NCBI GenBank assembly: GCA_048013815.1
Contig: CM106585.1
Location: 15,748,001-15,812,000, forward strand
DNA: 64,000 nucleotides
Direction of reading: 5' to 3'
Origin: Setoptus koraiensis
Taxonomy: Eukaryota; Animalia; Arthropoda
The notes under the pieces: generated by a model
What the model was told of the DNA's origin: nothing
The model's database searches: none
What the model saw: the letters and a program-made list of their open reading frames with translations, nothing else
Shown here: positions 1-12,050 of the stretch, one piece after another
How the letters are laid out: each line of letters begins with the position of its first letter
Position numbering within the stretch: position 1 is the first letter of the stretch
Translations under genes and position numbers: made by a program

Positions 1-3000
1 GTGGGTGGGGGGGTGGGTGGGGTGGGTGGGTTTGGGTGGGTGGGTGGTGGTTTTGTGGTGTGTGTGTTTGGGGGTGTGGGGGGGTGGTTTGTGGGTTTTG
101 TGTTTTTGTTGTTGTGTGGGGTTTTGTGTTTTTTTTGTGGTTTTTTTTTGTTTTTGTTTGTTTGTGTTTTTTTTGTTTTTTGTTTGTTTGTGTGTTTTTT
201 TGTTTTTTGTGTTTTTTTTTGTTGTTTTTTTTTGTGTTTTGTTTTGTTTGTTTGTTTTTTTTTGTTTTGTGTTTTTTTTGTTTTTTTTGTTTTTCTTTGT
301 GTTTTTTTGTTTTGTGTGTGTGTTTTGTTTTTTTGTTTTTTTGTTGTTTTGTTTGTTTTTTTTTGTTTTGTGTTTTTTTGTTTGTTTTTGTGTTGTTTGT
401 TTTTTTTTGTTTTTTTTTGTTTTTTTGTTTTTTTTTTTTGTTTTTTTTTGTTTTTTTTTGTTTTTTTGTTTTTTTTTGTTGTTTTTTTTTTTTTTTTTTT
501 TTGTTGTGTTTTTTTGTTTCTGCCGGGGGTCGTTCTTTTGTTTTTTTTTTTTTTGTTGTTTGTTTTTTTTTTTTTTGTTTTTTTGTTTTGTTTTTTTGTG
601 TTTTTTGTTTTTTTTTGTTTTTTTTTTTGTTTTTTGGTTTGTTTTTTTTTGTTTTTTTTTGTTTGTTGTGTTGTTTTGTTTTTTTTGTTTTTTTGTTTTT
701 TTTTGTTTTTTTTTGTTTTGTTTTTTTTGTGTTTTTGTTTTTTTTGTGTTTTTTTGTTTTTTTTTTTTTTTGTTTTGTTTTTTTTTGTTTTTTTTTGTTT
801 TGTGTTTTTGTTTTGTGCTGTTTTTTTTTATTTTTTTTGTTTTTTTTTGTTTTTTTTTATTTTTTGTGTTTTTTTGTTTTTTTTTGTTTTTTTTTGTTTT
901 TTTGTTTTGTTTTTTGTTTTTTTTTGTTTTTTTGTTTTTTTTTGTGTTTTGTTTTTTTTTGTTTTGTTTTTGTTTTTTTTTGTTTTCTTTTTTTTTTGTT
1001 TTTTTGTTTTGTTTTTTTTTTTTTTTTTTTTTTGTTTTGCTTTTTTTGTTTTTTGTTTTTGTTTTTTTGTTGTTTTTTTTGTTTGTTTTTTTGTTTTGTT
1101 TGTGTTTTGTTTTTTCTTTTTTTTTTTTTTTTTGGGTTTTGTTTTTTTTTGTTGTTTTTTTTTGTTTTTTTTTGTTTTGTTTTTTTTTTTTTTTTGGTGT
1201 TTTGTTTTTTTGTGTTTGTTTTGTTTTTTTTTTTTTTGTTTTTTTGTTTGTTTTTTGTTTTTTTTTTTTTTTTTGTTTTTTTTTGTTTTTTTTTTTTTTT
1301 TTGTTTTGTTTTTTTTTGTTTTTTGTTTTTTTTTTTGTTTTTTTTGTTTGTTTTTTTGTTGTTTTTTTTTGTTTTTTTTTGTGTTTTTTGTTTTTTTTTT
1401 TTTTTTTTTGTTTTTTTGTTTTTTTTGTGTGTGTTTGTTTTTTTTTTTTTTTTGTGTTTTTTTTTTTTTTGTTGTTTTTTTTGTGTTTTTTTTGTTTTTT
1501 TTTTTTTTTTGTGTGTATTTTTTTTTTGTTGTTTTTTGTTTTTTTTGTTTTTTTTTTTTGTTTTTTTTGTTTTGTTTTTTTTTGTTTTTTGTGTGTTTGT
1601 TTTGTTTTTTTTTTTTTGTTTTTTTTTGTTTTTTTTTGTTTTTTTTTGTTTTTTTTTTTTTTTTTGTGTGTGTGTTTTTTTGTGTTTTGTTTTTTTTTGG
1701 TGTTTTTTGTTTTTTTTGATGATGTTTGTTTTTTGTTTTGTGTTTGTTTTTTTTTTTATTTTTTTGTTTTTTGTTTTTTTGTTTTTTTTGTTTTTTTTTG
1801 TTGTTTTGTTTTTTTGTTTTTTTTGTTTTTTTTTTTTTGTGTTTTTTTTTGTTTTTTGTGTTTTTTTTGTTGTTTTTTTTTGTGTTTTTGTGTTTTTTTT
1901 TGTGTGTGTTTGTTTGTGTGTGTTTTTTTTTTTTTTTTGTTTTTTTGTGTTGTTTTTTTTTGTTTGTTTTTGTTTTGTTTTTTTTTGTTTTTTTTTTTTT
2001 TTGTTTTTTTTGTTTTTTTTTGTGTTTTTTTTTTTTTTGTTTTTTTTTGTTTTGTTTGTTTTTTGTTTTTTTTTGTTTTTTTTTGTGTTTTTGTTTTTGT
2101 GTGTTTTTTTTTGTTTTTTTTTGTTTTTGTTTTTTTTTGTTTTTTTTTTTTTTATATTTTGTTTTTTTTTGTTTTTGTGTGTTTTTGTGTTTTTTTTTGT
2201 TTTTTTTTGTTTTGTGTTTGTGTTTTTTTTTGTTTTTTTGTTGTGTTTTTGGGTTTTTTTGTTTTTTGTTTTGTTTTTTTTTTTTTTTTTGTTTTTTTTT
2301 TTGTTTTTGTTTTTTTTTGTTTTGTTTTTTTTGGTTTTTTTGTTTTTGTTTTTTTTTGTGTGTGTTTTTTTTTTTTTTTTTTGTTTTTTTTTTTGTTGTT
2401 TTGTTTTTTTTTGTTTTTGTTTTTTTTTTTGTTTTGTTTTGTTTTTTTTTTTTTTTTTTGTTTTTTGTTTTGTGTTTTGTTTTTTTTTGTTGTTTTGTTT
2501 TTTGTGTTTTGTTTTTTTAGTTTTGTGTGTGTTTTTTTTGTGTTTTTTTTTGTTTTTTTGTTTTGTTTGTTTTGTTGTTTTTTTGTGTTTTTGTTTTGTT
2601 TGTTTTTTTTTGTTTTTTTTTGTTTTTTTTTTTTTTTTTTGTTGTGTTGTTTTTTGTTTTGTTTTGTGTTTTGATTTTTTTTTTATGGTTTGTTTTTTTT
2701 TGTTTTTTGTTTTTTGTGTGGGTTTTTTGTTTGTTTTGGGTGTGTTTTTTTGGTTTTTTTGTTTTGGTGTTTTTTTTTGTTTTTGTGTTGTGTTTTGTTT
2801 TTTTTTGTTTGTTTGTGGTTTTTTTTGTTTTTGTTTGTGTTGTGTTTTTTGTGGTTTTTTTTTTTGTGTTTTTTTGTTTTGTTTTTTTTTTTTTTTTTTG
2901 TTTTTTGTTTTTTTTTGTTGTTTTTTTTTGTTTTGTTGTCTGTTTGTGTTTTTTTGTTTGTGTGTGTTTTTTTTTGTTTTTTGTTTTTTGTGTTTGGTTT

Positions 3001-6000
3001 GTGTTTGTTTTTTTTTGTGTTTTTTTTTGTGTTTTTTGTGTTTTTGTTTTTGTTTTTTTTTGTTTTTTTTTCTATTGTTTTTGTGTGTTTGTTTTGTTTT
3101 TTTTGTTTTTTGTGTTTTTGTTTTTTTTTTTTTTATTTTGTTTTTTTTTGTTTTGTGTGTGTTTTGTTTTTGTTTTGTTTGTGTTTTTTTTTGTTTTTTT
3201 TTGTATTTTGTTGTTTTTTGTGTTTTTTTGTTTGTGTTTTTTTTTGTTTGTTTTTTTTTGTTTTTTTGTGTTTTTTTGGTTTTTGTTTTTTTTTGTTTGT
3301 GTTTTTTTTTGTTTTTGTTTTTTTGTTTTTGTGTTTTGTGGTTGGTTTGTTTTTTGTTTTTTTTTGTTTTTTATTTGTTTGGGCGTGTGTTTTTTTTTGT
3401 TTGTTTTTTTTTTTTTTTTGTTGTTTTTTTTTGTGTTTTTTTTTGTTTTTTTTTGTTTTTTGTTTTTATCTTTTTTTTTTTGTTTTGTGTTTTTTTTTGT
3501 GTTTTTTGTTTTTGTTTTTTTTTTTGTGTTTGTATTTTTTTTTTTTTTTTTTTGTGTTTTTTTTGTTTTGTTTTTTATTGTTTTTTTTGTTTTTTTGTTT
3601 TTTTTTTTTTTTTTTTGTGTTTTGTTTTGTGTTTTTTTTGTTTTTTTTTGTTGTTTTTTTTTATTTTTTTGTTGTTTTTTTCTTTTTTGTGTTTTTATTT
3701 TTGTTTTGGTTTTTTTATATGTTTTGTTTTGTGTTTTTTTTTGTTGTTTTTTTTATTTTGTTTTTGATTTTTTTTTGTTTTTTGTTTTTTTTTGTGTTTT
3801 TTTTTGTGTTTTTTGTTTTTGTGTTTGTGTGTGTGTTTTTGTTTTTTTTTGTTTTTTTTTGTTTTTTTTTGTGTTTTTTTTGTTTGTGTTGTTGTTTTTT
3901 TGTGTTTTTTTTTGTGTTTTGTTTTTTTTGTGTTTTTTGTTTTTTTTTTTGTTTTTGTGTGTGTGTTTTTTTGTTTTTTTTTGTTTGTTTTTTTTTGGGG
4001 TTTTTTTTTTTTTGTTTGTTTGTTTGTTTTTTTGTTTTTTTGTTTTTTTTTGTTTTTATTTTTTGTGTTTTGTTTTTGTTGTGTGTGTTTTTGTGTTTTT
4101 TTTTGTGTATGTTTTTTTTGTGTTTTTTTTGTTTTTTTGTTTTTTTTTTTTTTTGTTTTTTTTTGTTTTTTTTTTTTTTGTTTTTTGTGGTTTTTTTTTT
4201 GTTTTTTTTTGTGTTTTGTTTTTTTTGTGTTTTTTGTGTTTTTTTTTGTGTGTGTCTTTTTGTGTTTTGTTTTTTTTTGTTTTATTTTGTTTTTTTTTTT
4301 TTTTTTTTGTTTTTTTGTTTTGTTTTTTTTTTTTTTTTTTTGTTTTTTTTGTGTTTTTTGTGGGTTTTTTGTTTGTTTTTGTTTTTGTTTTTTTTTTTGT
4401 TTTTTTGGGTTTTTTTTTTGTTTTTTGTGTGTTTTTTTTTTTTTTTGTGTTTTTTGTGTTTTTTTTGTTTTGTTTTTTGTTTTTTTTTTGTTTTTTTGTT
4501 TTTTTTTGTTGTTTTTTTTTGTGTTTTTTTTTGTTGTTTTTTTTGTTTGTTTTTTTTTTGTTTTTTTTGTTTTTTTTTTTTTGTTTTGTTGTTTTTTTGT
4601 TTTTTGTGTTGTTTTTTTTTTTTTTTGTTTGTTTTTTGTGTTGTTTTTTTTTTTTTTTGTTTTGTGTTTTTTTTTGTTTTTGTTTTGGTTTTTTTTGTTT
4701 TTTTGTGTTTTTGTGTTTTTTGTTTTTGTTTTTGTTTTTGTTTTTTTTGTTTCTGTTTTTTTTTTTGTTTTTTGTTTTTTTTTGTTTTGTTTTTTTTTGT
4801 TTTTGTGTTTTTGTGTTTTTTGTTTTTTTTTGTTTTGTTTTGTGTTTTTTTTTGTTTTTTTTGTTTTTTTGTTTGTGTTTTGGTTGTTTTTTTTTGTTTT
4901 TTTTTGGGTTTTTTTTTTGTTTTTTGTTTGTTTTTTATTTTTTTTTGTTTTTTTTTTTCGTTTTTTTGTTTTTTAACAAACATTTTGTTTTTTTTTGTGT
5001 TTTTTGTTTTTTTTTGTTTTTTTTGTTTTTTTTTTGTTTTTGTTTTGTTTTTTTTTGTTTTTTGTTTTGTTTTTTTTTGTTTTTTTTTGTTTTTTTATGT
5101 GTTTTTTTGTGTGTGTTTTTTTTTGTTTTGTTTGTTGTTTTTTGTTTTTTTTTTTTTTTTTTTGTTTTTTTTTGTTTTTGTTTTTTTTTGTTTTTTATTT
5201 GTGTGTTTTTTTGTTGTTGTTTTTGTTTTTTTTATTTTTGTTTTGTTTTTTTTTGGTTTTTTTGTGTTTGTGTTTTTTTTTTTTTGTTTTGTGTTTTTTT
5301 TTTTTTTGTGTTTTTTTGTTTTTTTTGTTTTGTTTTTATTTTGTTTTTTTTTGTTTTGTTTTTGTTTTGTTTTTTTTTTTTTTTTTTTGTTGTGTTTTGT
5401 TTTGTGTTTGTTGTTTTTTTTTTTCCTTTTTTTTGGTTTTTTTGTTTTTTTGTGTTTTTTTGTTGCTTTTTTTTTTTTTGTGTTTTTTTTTTTTTGTTGG
5501 TGGTTTTTTTGTTATTTTTTTGTGTGTGTTTTTTTTTTTTTTTTGTTTTTTTTTTGGGGTTTTTTTTTGGGTTTTGTTTTTGTTTTTTTTTGTTTTTTTT
5601 TTTTTTTGTTTTTTTTTGTTTTGTTTTTGTTTTTTTGTGTTTTGTTGTTTGTGTTTTTTATGTGTTTTTTTTTGTTTTTTGTTTTTTGTTTGTTTTTTTT
5701 TGTGTTTTGTGTGTGTGTGTTTTTTTTTATTTTTTTGTTTGTTTATTTTGTTTTGTTTTTGTTTGTTTTGTTGTGTTTTTTGTGTTTTTTTTTGTTTTTT
5801 TTTATGTGTTTTTTTTTGTGTTTTTTTTTGTTAATTTTTTTTTGTTTTGTTTTTGTTTTTTTTTTTTTTTTGTGTTTGTTTTTTTTTGTTGTTTTTTGTT
5901 TTTTTTTGTTTGTTTTTGTTATTTTTTGTTTGTGTGTGTTTTTTTTTGTTTTTTTGTTTTTTTTTGTTTTTTTTTGTTTGTTTTTTTTTGTTTTTTTGTT

Positions 6001-9000
6001 TTTTTTTATTTTTTTGTTTTTTTTTATTTTTTGTTTTTTTTTGTTTTTTGTTTTTTGTGTTTTTTTTGTGTGTGTATTTTGTTGTTTTTTTTTGAAATTG
6101 TTTTTTTGTTTTTTTGTTGTTTTTTGTTGTTTTTTTTTTTTTTTTTTTGTTTTTTGTGGTTTTTTTTGTGTTTTTTTTTGTTTTTGTATTTTTTTTTGTT
6201 TTTTTTGTGTTTTTTGTTTTTTGTTTTTTTGTTTTTTTTGTGTTTTGTGTTTTGTTTTGTTTTTTTTGTTTTTTTGTTTGTTTTTTTTGTTTTGTTTTTT
6301 TTTGTTTTTGTTTTTTTTGTTTTTTTTTGTTTTTTTTTGTTTTTTGTGTTTTTTTTTTTGTGTTTTGTTTTTGTTGTTTTTTTTTGTTTTTTTGTGTTTT
6401 TTTTGGTGTTTTTTTGTTTTTTTTTGTTGTTTTTTTTTGTTTTGTTTTTTTTTGTGTTGTTTTTTGGTTTGGGTGTTTTTTTTTGTTTTTTTTTTTGTTG
6501 GGTGTGTGTTGTTTTTTTGTTTTTTTTGTGTTTTTTTTTTATTGTTTTTGGTTTTTTTTTTTTTGTTTTGTTTTGTATGTTTTTTTTGTTTTTTGTGTTT
6601 TTTTGTTTTTTGTTTTTTTGTTTTTTTATTTTTTTTTGTTTTGTTTTTTTTATTTTGTTTTTTTTTTGTGTTTTTTGTTTTTTTTGTTTTTTTTTATGTT
6701 TTTGTTGTTTCTTTTGTTTTGTTTTTTTTGTTTGTTTTTTTTTCTGTTTTGTTTTTTTTTGTTTTTATTTTTTTTTTTGTTTTTTTGTATGTTTTTTGTT
6801 TTGTTTTTTTTTATTTTGTGTTTTTTTTTGTGTTTTTTTATCTTTTTTTGTTTTTTTTTGTGTTTTTTTTTATTTTTTTGTTTTTTTTTCTTTTTTGTTT
6901 TTTTTTTTTTTGTTTTGTTTTTTTTTGTTTGTGTTTTGTTGTTTTTTTGTTTTTTGTTTTTTGTGTTTTTTTTGTTTATGTTGTTTTTTTGTTTTATTTG
7001 TGTTTTTTTTTGTTTTTTTGTTTTTTTTATTTTTTTTTATTTTATTTTTTGTTTGTTTTTTTTTCTTTTTTTTTCTGTTTTTTTGTGTATGTGTGTGTTT
7101 TTTTATTTTGTGTTTTTTTTTATTTTTGTTTTTTTTTGTTTGTGTTTTGTGTTTTTTTTATTTTTGTTTTGTTTGTATTTTGTTTTGTTTTGTTATGTTT
7201 TATTTTTTTTTGTTTTATTTTTTTTGTTTTGTTATTTTGTTTTATTTTGTTTTTTTTGTTTTTTTATGTTTTGTGTTTATTTTGTTTTTTTTTGTTTTGT
7301 ATTTTATTTTTGTATTTTATTTTTTTTTTTTTTTTTTATTTTTGTTTTTTTATTGATTTCTTTATTTTTTTTGTTGTTATATTTTTTTTATTTTATGTTA
7401 TGTATTTTTTTTTGTATTGTTTTATTTTCTATATGTATATTTTTGTTTTGTGTTTTTTTTTATTTTTTTTTTTTTTTTGTTTTTTTTATTTTTTTTTTTT
7501 TTTTATTTTGTCTTTTTTTTATGTGTATTTTTTTTGTTTTATTGTGTTTTTTTTTATTGTATTTTTGTTTATTTTTATTTTGTTTTTTTTATTTTTGTAT
7601 TTTTATTTTGTTATGTTTTATGTTTTGTCTTTGTATATTTTGTTTTTTGTTTTTTTTTATTTTGTATTTTTTTATTTTTTTTGTTTTGTTTTTATTTTTT
7701 TTTATGTTTTTTTTTATTTTTTTATATGTGTATTGTTTTGTATTTTTTTATTTTTTTGTTTTATTTTATATATATTTATTTTTTTTTTATTTTTTTTTTT
7801 TTTTTGTATATTTTTTTGTTTTTTTTTATTTTTGTATGATTTTTTTTTATATTTTTATTTTATTTTTTTTTATTATTTTTTGTATATTATGTATTTTTTT
7901 TTTTTTTTTGTATTTTTTTATTTTTGTTTTTTTTATGTTTTTTTATTTTGTTTTTTATTTATGTGTATTTTTTTTTGTATTTTTGTATTTTTGTTTTATG
8001 TGTTTTTTATTTTTTTTTGTTTTTTTGTTTTTATTTTGTTTATATTTGTGTTTTATGTTTTTTTTTATTGTTTTTGATGTTTTTTATTATTTTTGTTTTT
8101 TGTTTTATTTTTTTTGTTTTTTTTGTTTTATTTTTTGTTTTATATTTTTGTTTGTTTTTTATTTTTGTTTTATTTTTTTGTTTTTTTGTTATTTTGTTTT
8201 ATTTTTTTTTGATTTTTATTTTTTTTATTTTATTATTTTTTGTTTTTGTTTTTTGTGTATTTTGTTATTTTTATTTTTTTGTTGTGTTTTTTATTATATT
8301 TTATTTTTTTTTTTATTATTTTTTTTGTTTTTTTATTTTTTTTTTTTTATTTATATTTATATATAAATTTTTTTTTTTTGTTTTTTTTTTGTTTTTTATT
8401 TTTTTTTGTTTTATTTTTTTTTATTTTTGTTTTTTATTTTTATTTTTTTTTTTTTTTTTTATTTATTGTTTATGTATGTTTTTTGTTATATGTTTTATTT
8501 TTTTTTATTTATTTTTGTATTTTTTTTTGTGTTTTTGTTTTATATTTGTTTATTTTTTGTTTTATTTTTTTTTATTTTGATTTTTTTATTTATTTGTTTT
8601 TATTTATTTTTTGTTGTTTTTTTTATATTTTGTTTTATTTTTATTTTTTTGTTTTTTTTTTTTTGTTTTTATGTATTTTGTTTTTTGTGTTTTTATTTTT
8701 TTTTTTTATGTCATTTTTGTTTTTTATTTTTTTTTATATTTTTTTTTATATGTTTTATTTTTTGTTTTATTTTTGTGTTTTTGTTTTATTTATATTTTTT
8801 TGTTTATTTTTATTTTATGTTTATATGTTTTTTTTATTTTGTATTTGTTTTTTATATTTTTTTATGTTTATGTATTTTTTTTGTTTTTTTTTGTTTTTGT
8901 TATGTTTTTTTGTATTTTTATTTTTTTTGTATTTTTTTATGTATGTATATTTTGTATTTTTTGTTATTTTTTTATTTTGATATGTTTTTGTTTTTATTTT

Positions 9001-10130
9001 TATTTGTTTATATTTTATCTATTTTTTGTCTGTTTTTTTGTATTTTTTTTTGTTTTTTTATTTTTTTTATTTTTTTTATTTTATTTTTTTGTTTTTTTGT
9101 TTTTATTTTTTTGTATATTTTTTTTTTTTTTTTTTCTATATTTATTGTGTATATATTTATATTTTTGTTTTTTTTTATTTTTTATTTTTTTTTGTTTTTT
9201 TATTTTCTATTGGTTTTTTTTTGTTTTCTATTTTTTTTTATTATATTATATTATTTTATTTTTTATATTTTTATGTATTTTTTTTATATTTTTATATTTT
9301 TATTTTTTTTTATATGTTTTTTTTTTTTTTGTATTTTTCATTTATATGTTATATATATATTTTATTTATTTTTTTTATTGTGTATTTTATGTTTTTTTAT
9401 ATTTTTTTTTGTTATGTATTTTTTGTTTTTTATATATTATGATTTATTTTATTTTATGTTTTTATTTTTTATTTTATGTTTTATTTTTTGTGTTTTTTTG
9501 TTTTATATGTTTTGTTTTTTTTATATTTTTTTGTTTTTTATATATATATTTTTTTTATTGTTATATTCTTTTTTGTTTTTTTGTATTGTTTATTTTTTTT
9601 GTTTGTAGTTTTTTTTATATTTTGTATGTTTTTTTTATTTTGTGTTTATGTTCTATTTGTATTTGTATATATATTTTTGTTTTTTTTATTATGTATTTTA
9701 TGTATTTTATTTTGTCTTTTTATTTTTTTTATATATTGTTTTTTTTATTTTTATATTGTATGTATATGTTTTTTTGTATGTTTATATTTTTTTATTATTT
9801 TTTTGTGTTATCTTTGTTTTTTATATGTGTAATATGTTTATATTTATTTATTTATTTTTTTATATTTTTTGTGTGTTATATTTATATATATATCTTTATT
9901 TTTTTTATTTTATATATTTTTCTCTATATTTGATTTTTTTTATTTGTTATATTTTTATTCTATTATATATGTATTTTTTTCTATCGTTGTATGTGTTTTA
10001 TTGTTTTTTTTATATCTTTTTTATTGTTTTATATATATATTGGTATTTTGTATTTTATCTTTTTATCTGTATTTTTGTGTTTTGTTTTTTTTTGTCTGTT
10101 TTTATTTATTTTTAGTGTGTATTTTTATTT
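1..10130. repeat. T-dominated low-complexity tract (T/G, with A rising towards the gap; C nearly absent), no fixed repeat unit
   Basis: Bases 1-120 are G/T only (72/120 G). After that T is about 80% and G 15-20%. A is ~0-2% until ~5 kb and ~15-20% near 10 kb. The long F/V/C/L ORFs exist only because stop codons need A. Confidence 0.95.
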
Positions 10131-10630
10131 NNNNNNNNNNNNNNNNNNNNNNNNNNNNNNNNNNNNNNNNNNNNNNNNNNNNNNNNNNNNNNNNNNNNNN
10201 NNNNNNNNNNNNNNNNNNNNNNNNNNNNNNNNNNNNNNNNNNNNNNNNNNNNNNNNNNNNNNNNNNNNNNNNNNNNNNNNNNNNNNNNNNNNNNNNNNNN
10301 NNNNNNNNNNNNNNNNNNNNNNNNNNNNNNNNNNNNNNNNNNNNNNNNNNNNNNNNNNNNNNNNNNNNNNNNNNNNNNNNNNNNNNNNNNNNNNNNNNNN
10401 NNNNNNNNNNNNNNNNNNNNNNNNNNNNNNNNNNNNNNNNNNNNNNNNNNNNNNNNNNNNNNNNNNNNNNNNNNNNNNNNNNNNNNNNNNNNNNNNNNNN
10501 NNNNNNNNNNNNNNNNNNNNNNNNNNNNNNNNNNNNNNNNNNNNNNNNNNNNNNNNNNNNNNNNNNNNNNNNNNNNNNNNNNNNNNNNNNNNNNNNNNNN
10601 NNNNNNNNNNNNNNNNNNNNNNNNNNNNNN
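10131..10630. other. Assembly gap (exactly 500 N)
   Basis: Run of 500 N. A round fixed size is typical of scaffolder-inserted gaps, so orientation and distance across it are not established. Confidence 0.98.
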
Positions 10631-12050
10631 AATACCATCACACCAATCCAAAAAACACCACAACCCAACCAAAAAAAAACAACAACCCACCACAAAAACC
10701 ACCCCCAAACAAAACCAACCCAAAAAAACAAACAAACCACAAACCAAACCCACAAACACCTAAAACAACCAACTAAAAAACAAACAACAAAAACACACCA
10801 ACAAATAATATAACTTCACAACATACCCATACACTACATAAAAACTAAACAACCCTTATTATCCCCACCACACAACAAAAACCCCCACCCAAATCACCCC
10901 ACATCCCCAAATAAAAAACACCACATACCCCCCAAACCCCAACAAAACCACTAACAAAAAAAAACTCACCCCCACCCCAACAACACCCCAACAAACACCC
11001 AACACAAAACACAAAACACCAATCCAAATCACTAACTCAAAAAAACACTCATCCCCTCAATACTATCATATTAATAAATCTACCATTCTCTCCCCTACCC
11101 CCCTCTCTAACTCAACTCATACCAATAATACAACTTCATTCCACCTTACCTATTACCTTACCACTAATCCTCTTAACAAAAAAAAACAAAATCCCAACAA
11201 AAACCCATTATACTAATCAAACAATACCCTATACAACTAACTCATTAATTATTCAAAACAACACTATTATAAACTTAAATCAACAACACAACAAATCCTA
11301 ACACACTTCATCATATAACACATATCCATCTCCATACCCCCCCTCTCCCTCAAAAACACTACTCCAATCTCTTTATCTATTTCTCCACCTCTATTCAACA
11401 CCACTACCCTCCACCCCTCTATCACAATAATTATACATATACCACTCATAACAAAAACAAATACTACAACAATCATCAACACTCAAAACACCTAACAATT
11501 ATAAAAAAATAACTAATCAGTCACCTTTCCTCCCAAAACCCCGCAACCTACAAAAACTTAAACACACTCCATCTTTCTCCTTTCTTCAAACTTCATCTAT
11601 ACAACTTCATCACTCTTCTCACTTCAAATTTCTCTTAACTATCTCCTCATAAACATATCATCAATACAATACTCCTATTTAAAAACAACTACTACTAAAA
11701 AACTTATTAATCATTATATATACCATTCTATATTATTCTCAATACTTCTCCTCACCACCTACACCCAACCACCTTTATATTCAAAAATAAACATTAATTT
11801 AAATTCAAACTTTCTTCACACCATAAAGAAATCTCTAAAGAGTTCAACCAACATTCTTATTAAACACTAAACCACCCCCTCAAAATCAATATACTATAAT
11901 ATTATATTCTCTTTATTATACTACTACATATAATATTTTCATCCTTTCTATAATTCTTCAACATATATAAATCCGACTATATAACCTCAACCCAATTCAC
12001 CACATCCACACTTCGACACTAACTCATACAACCCAATATAATATAAATCG
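10631..12050. repeat. A/C-rich, G-free low-complexity tract grading into ordinary sequence
   Basis: 10,631-~11,040 is almost only A and C (C 160/410 by hand count). T returns from ~11.05 kb. G is 0-1 per 60 nt up to ~12.0 kb and returns from ~12.1-12.3 kb. Confidence 0.93.

Noticed and set aside
1-60. (GGGT)n G-quadruplex-like start as a telomere
   Set aside because: G-rich strand is on + at the left end (wrong polarity as assembled), irregular, short, and not a TTAGG-type array.
1-10115. Very long F/V/C/L-rich ORFs (up to 1,795 aa) and the K/Q/N/T minus-strand ORF
   Set aside because: By-product of A-free, T-rich composition that cannot form stop codons; no domain content.
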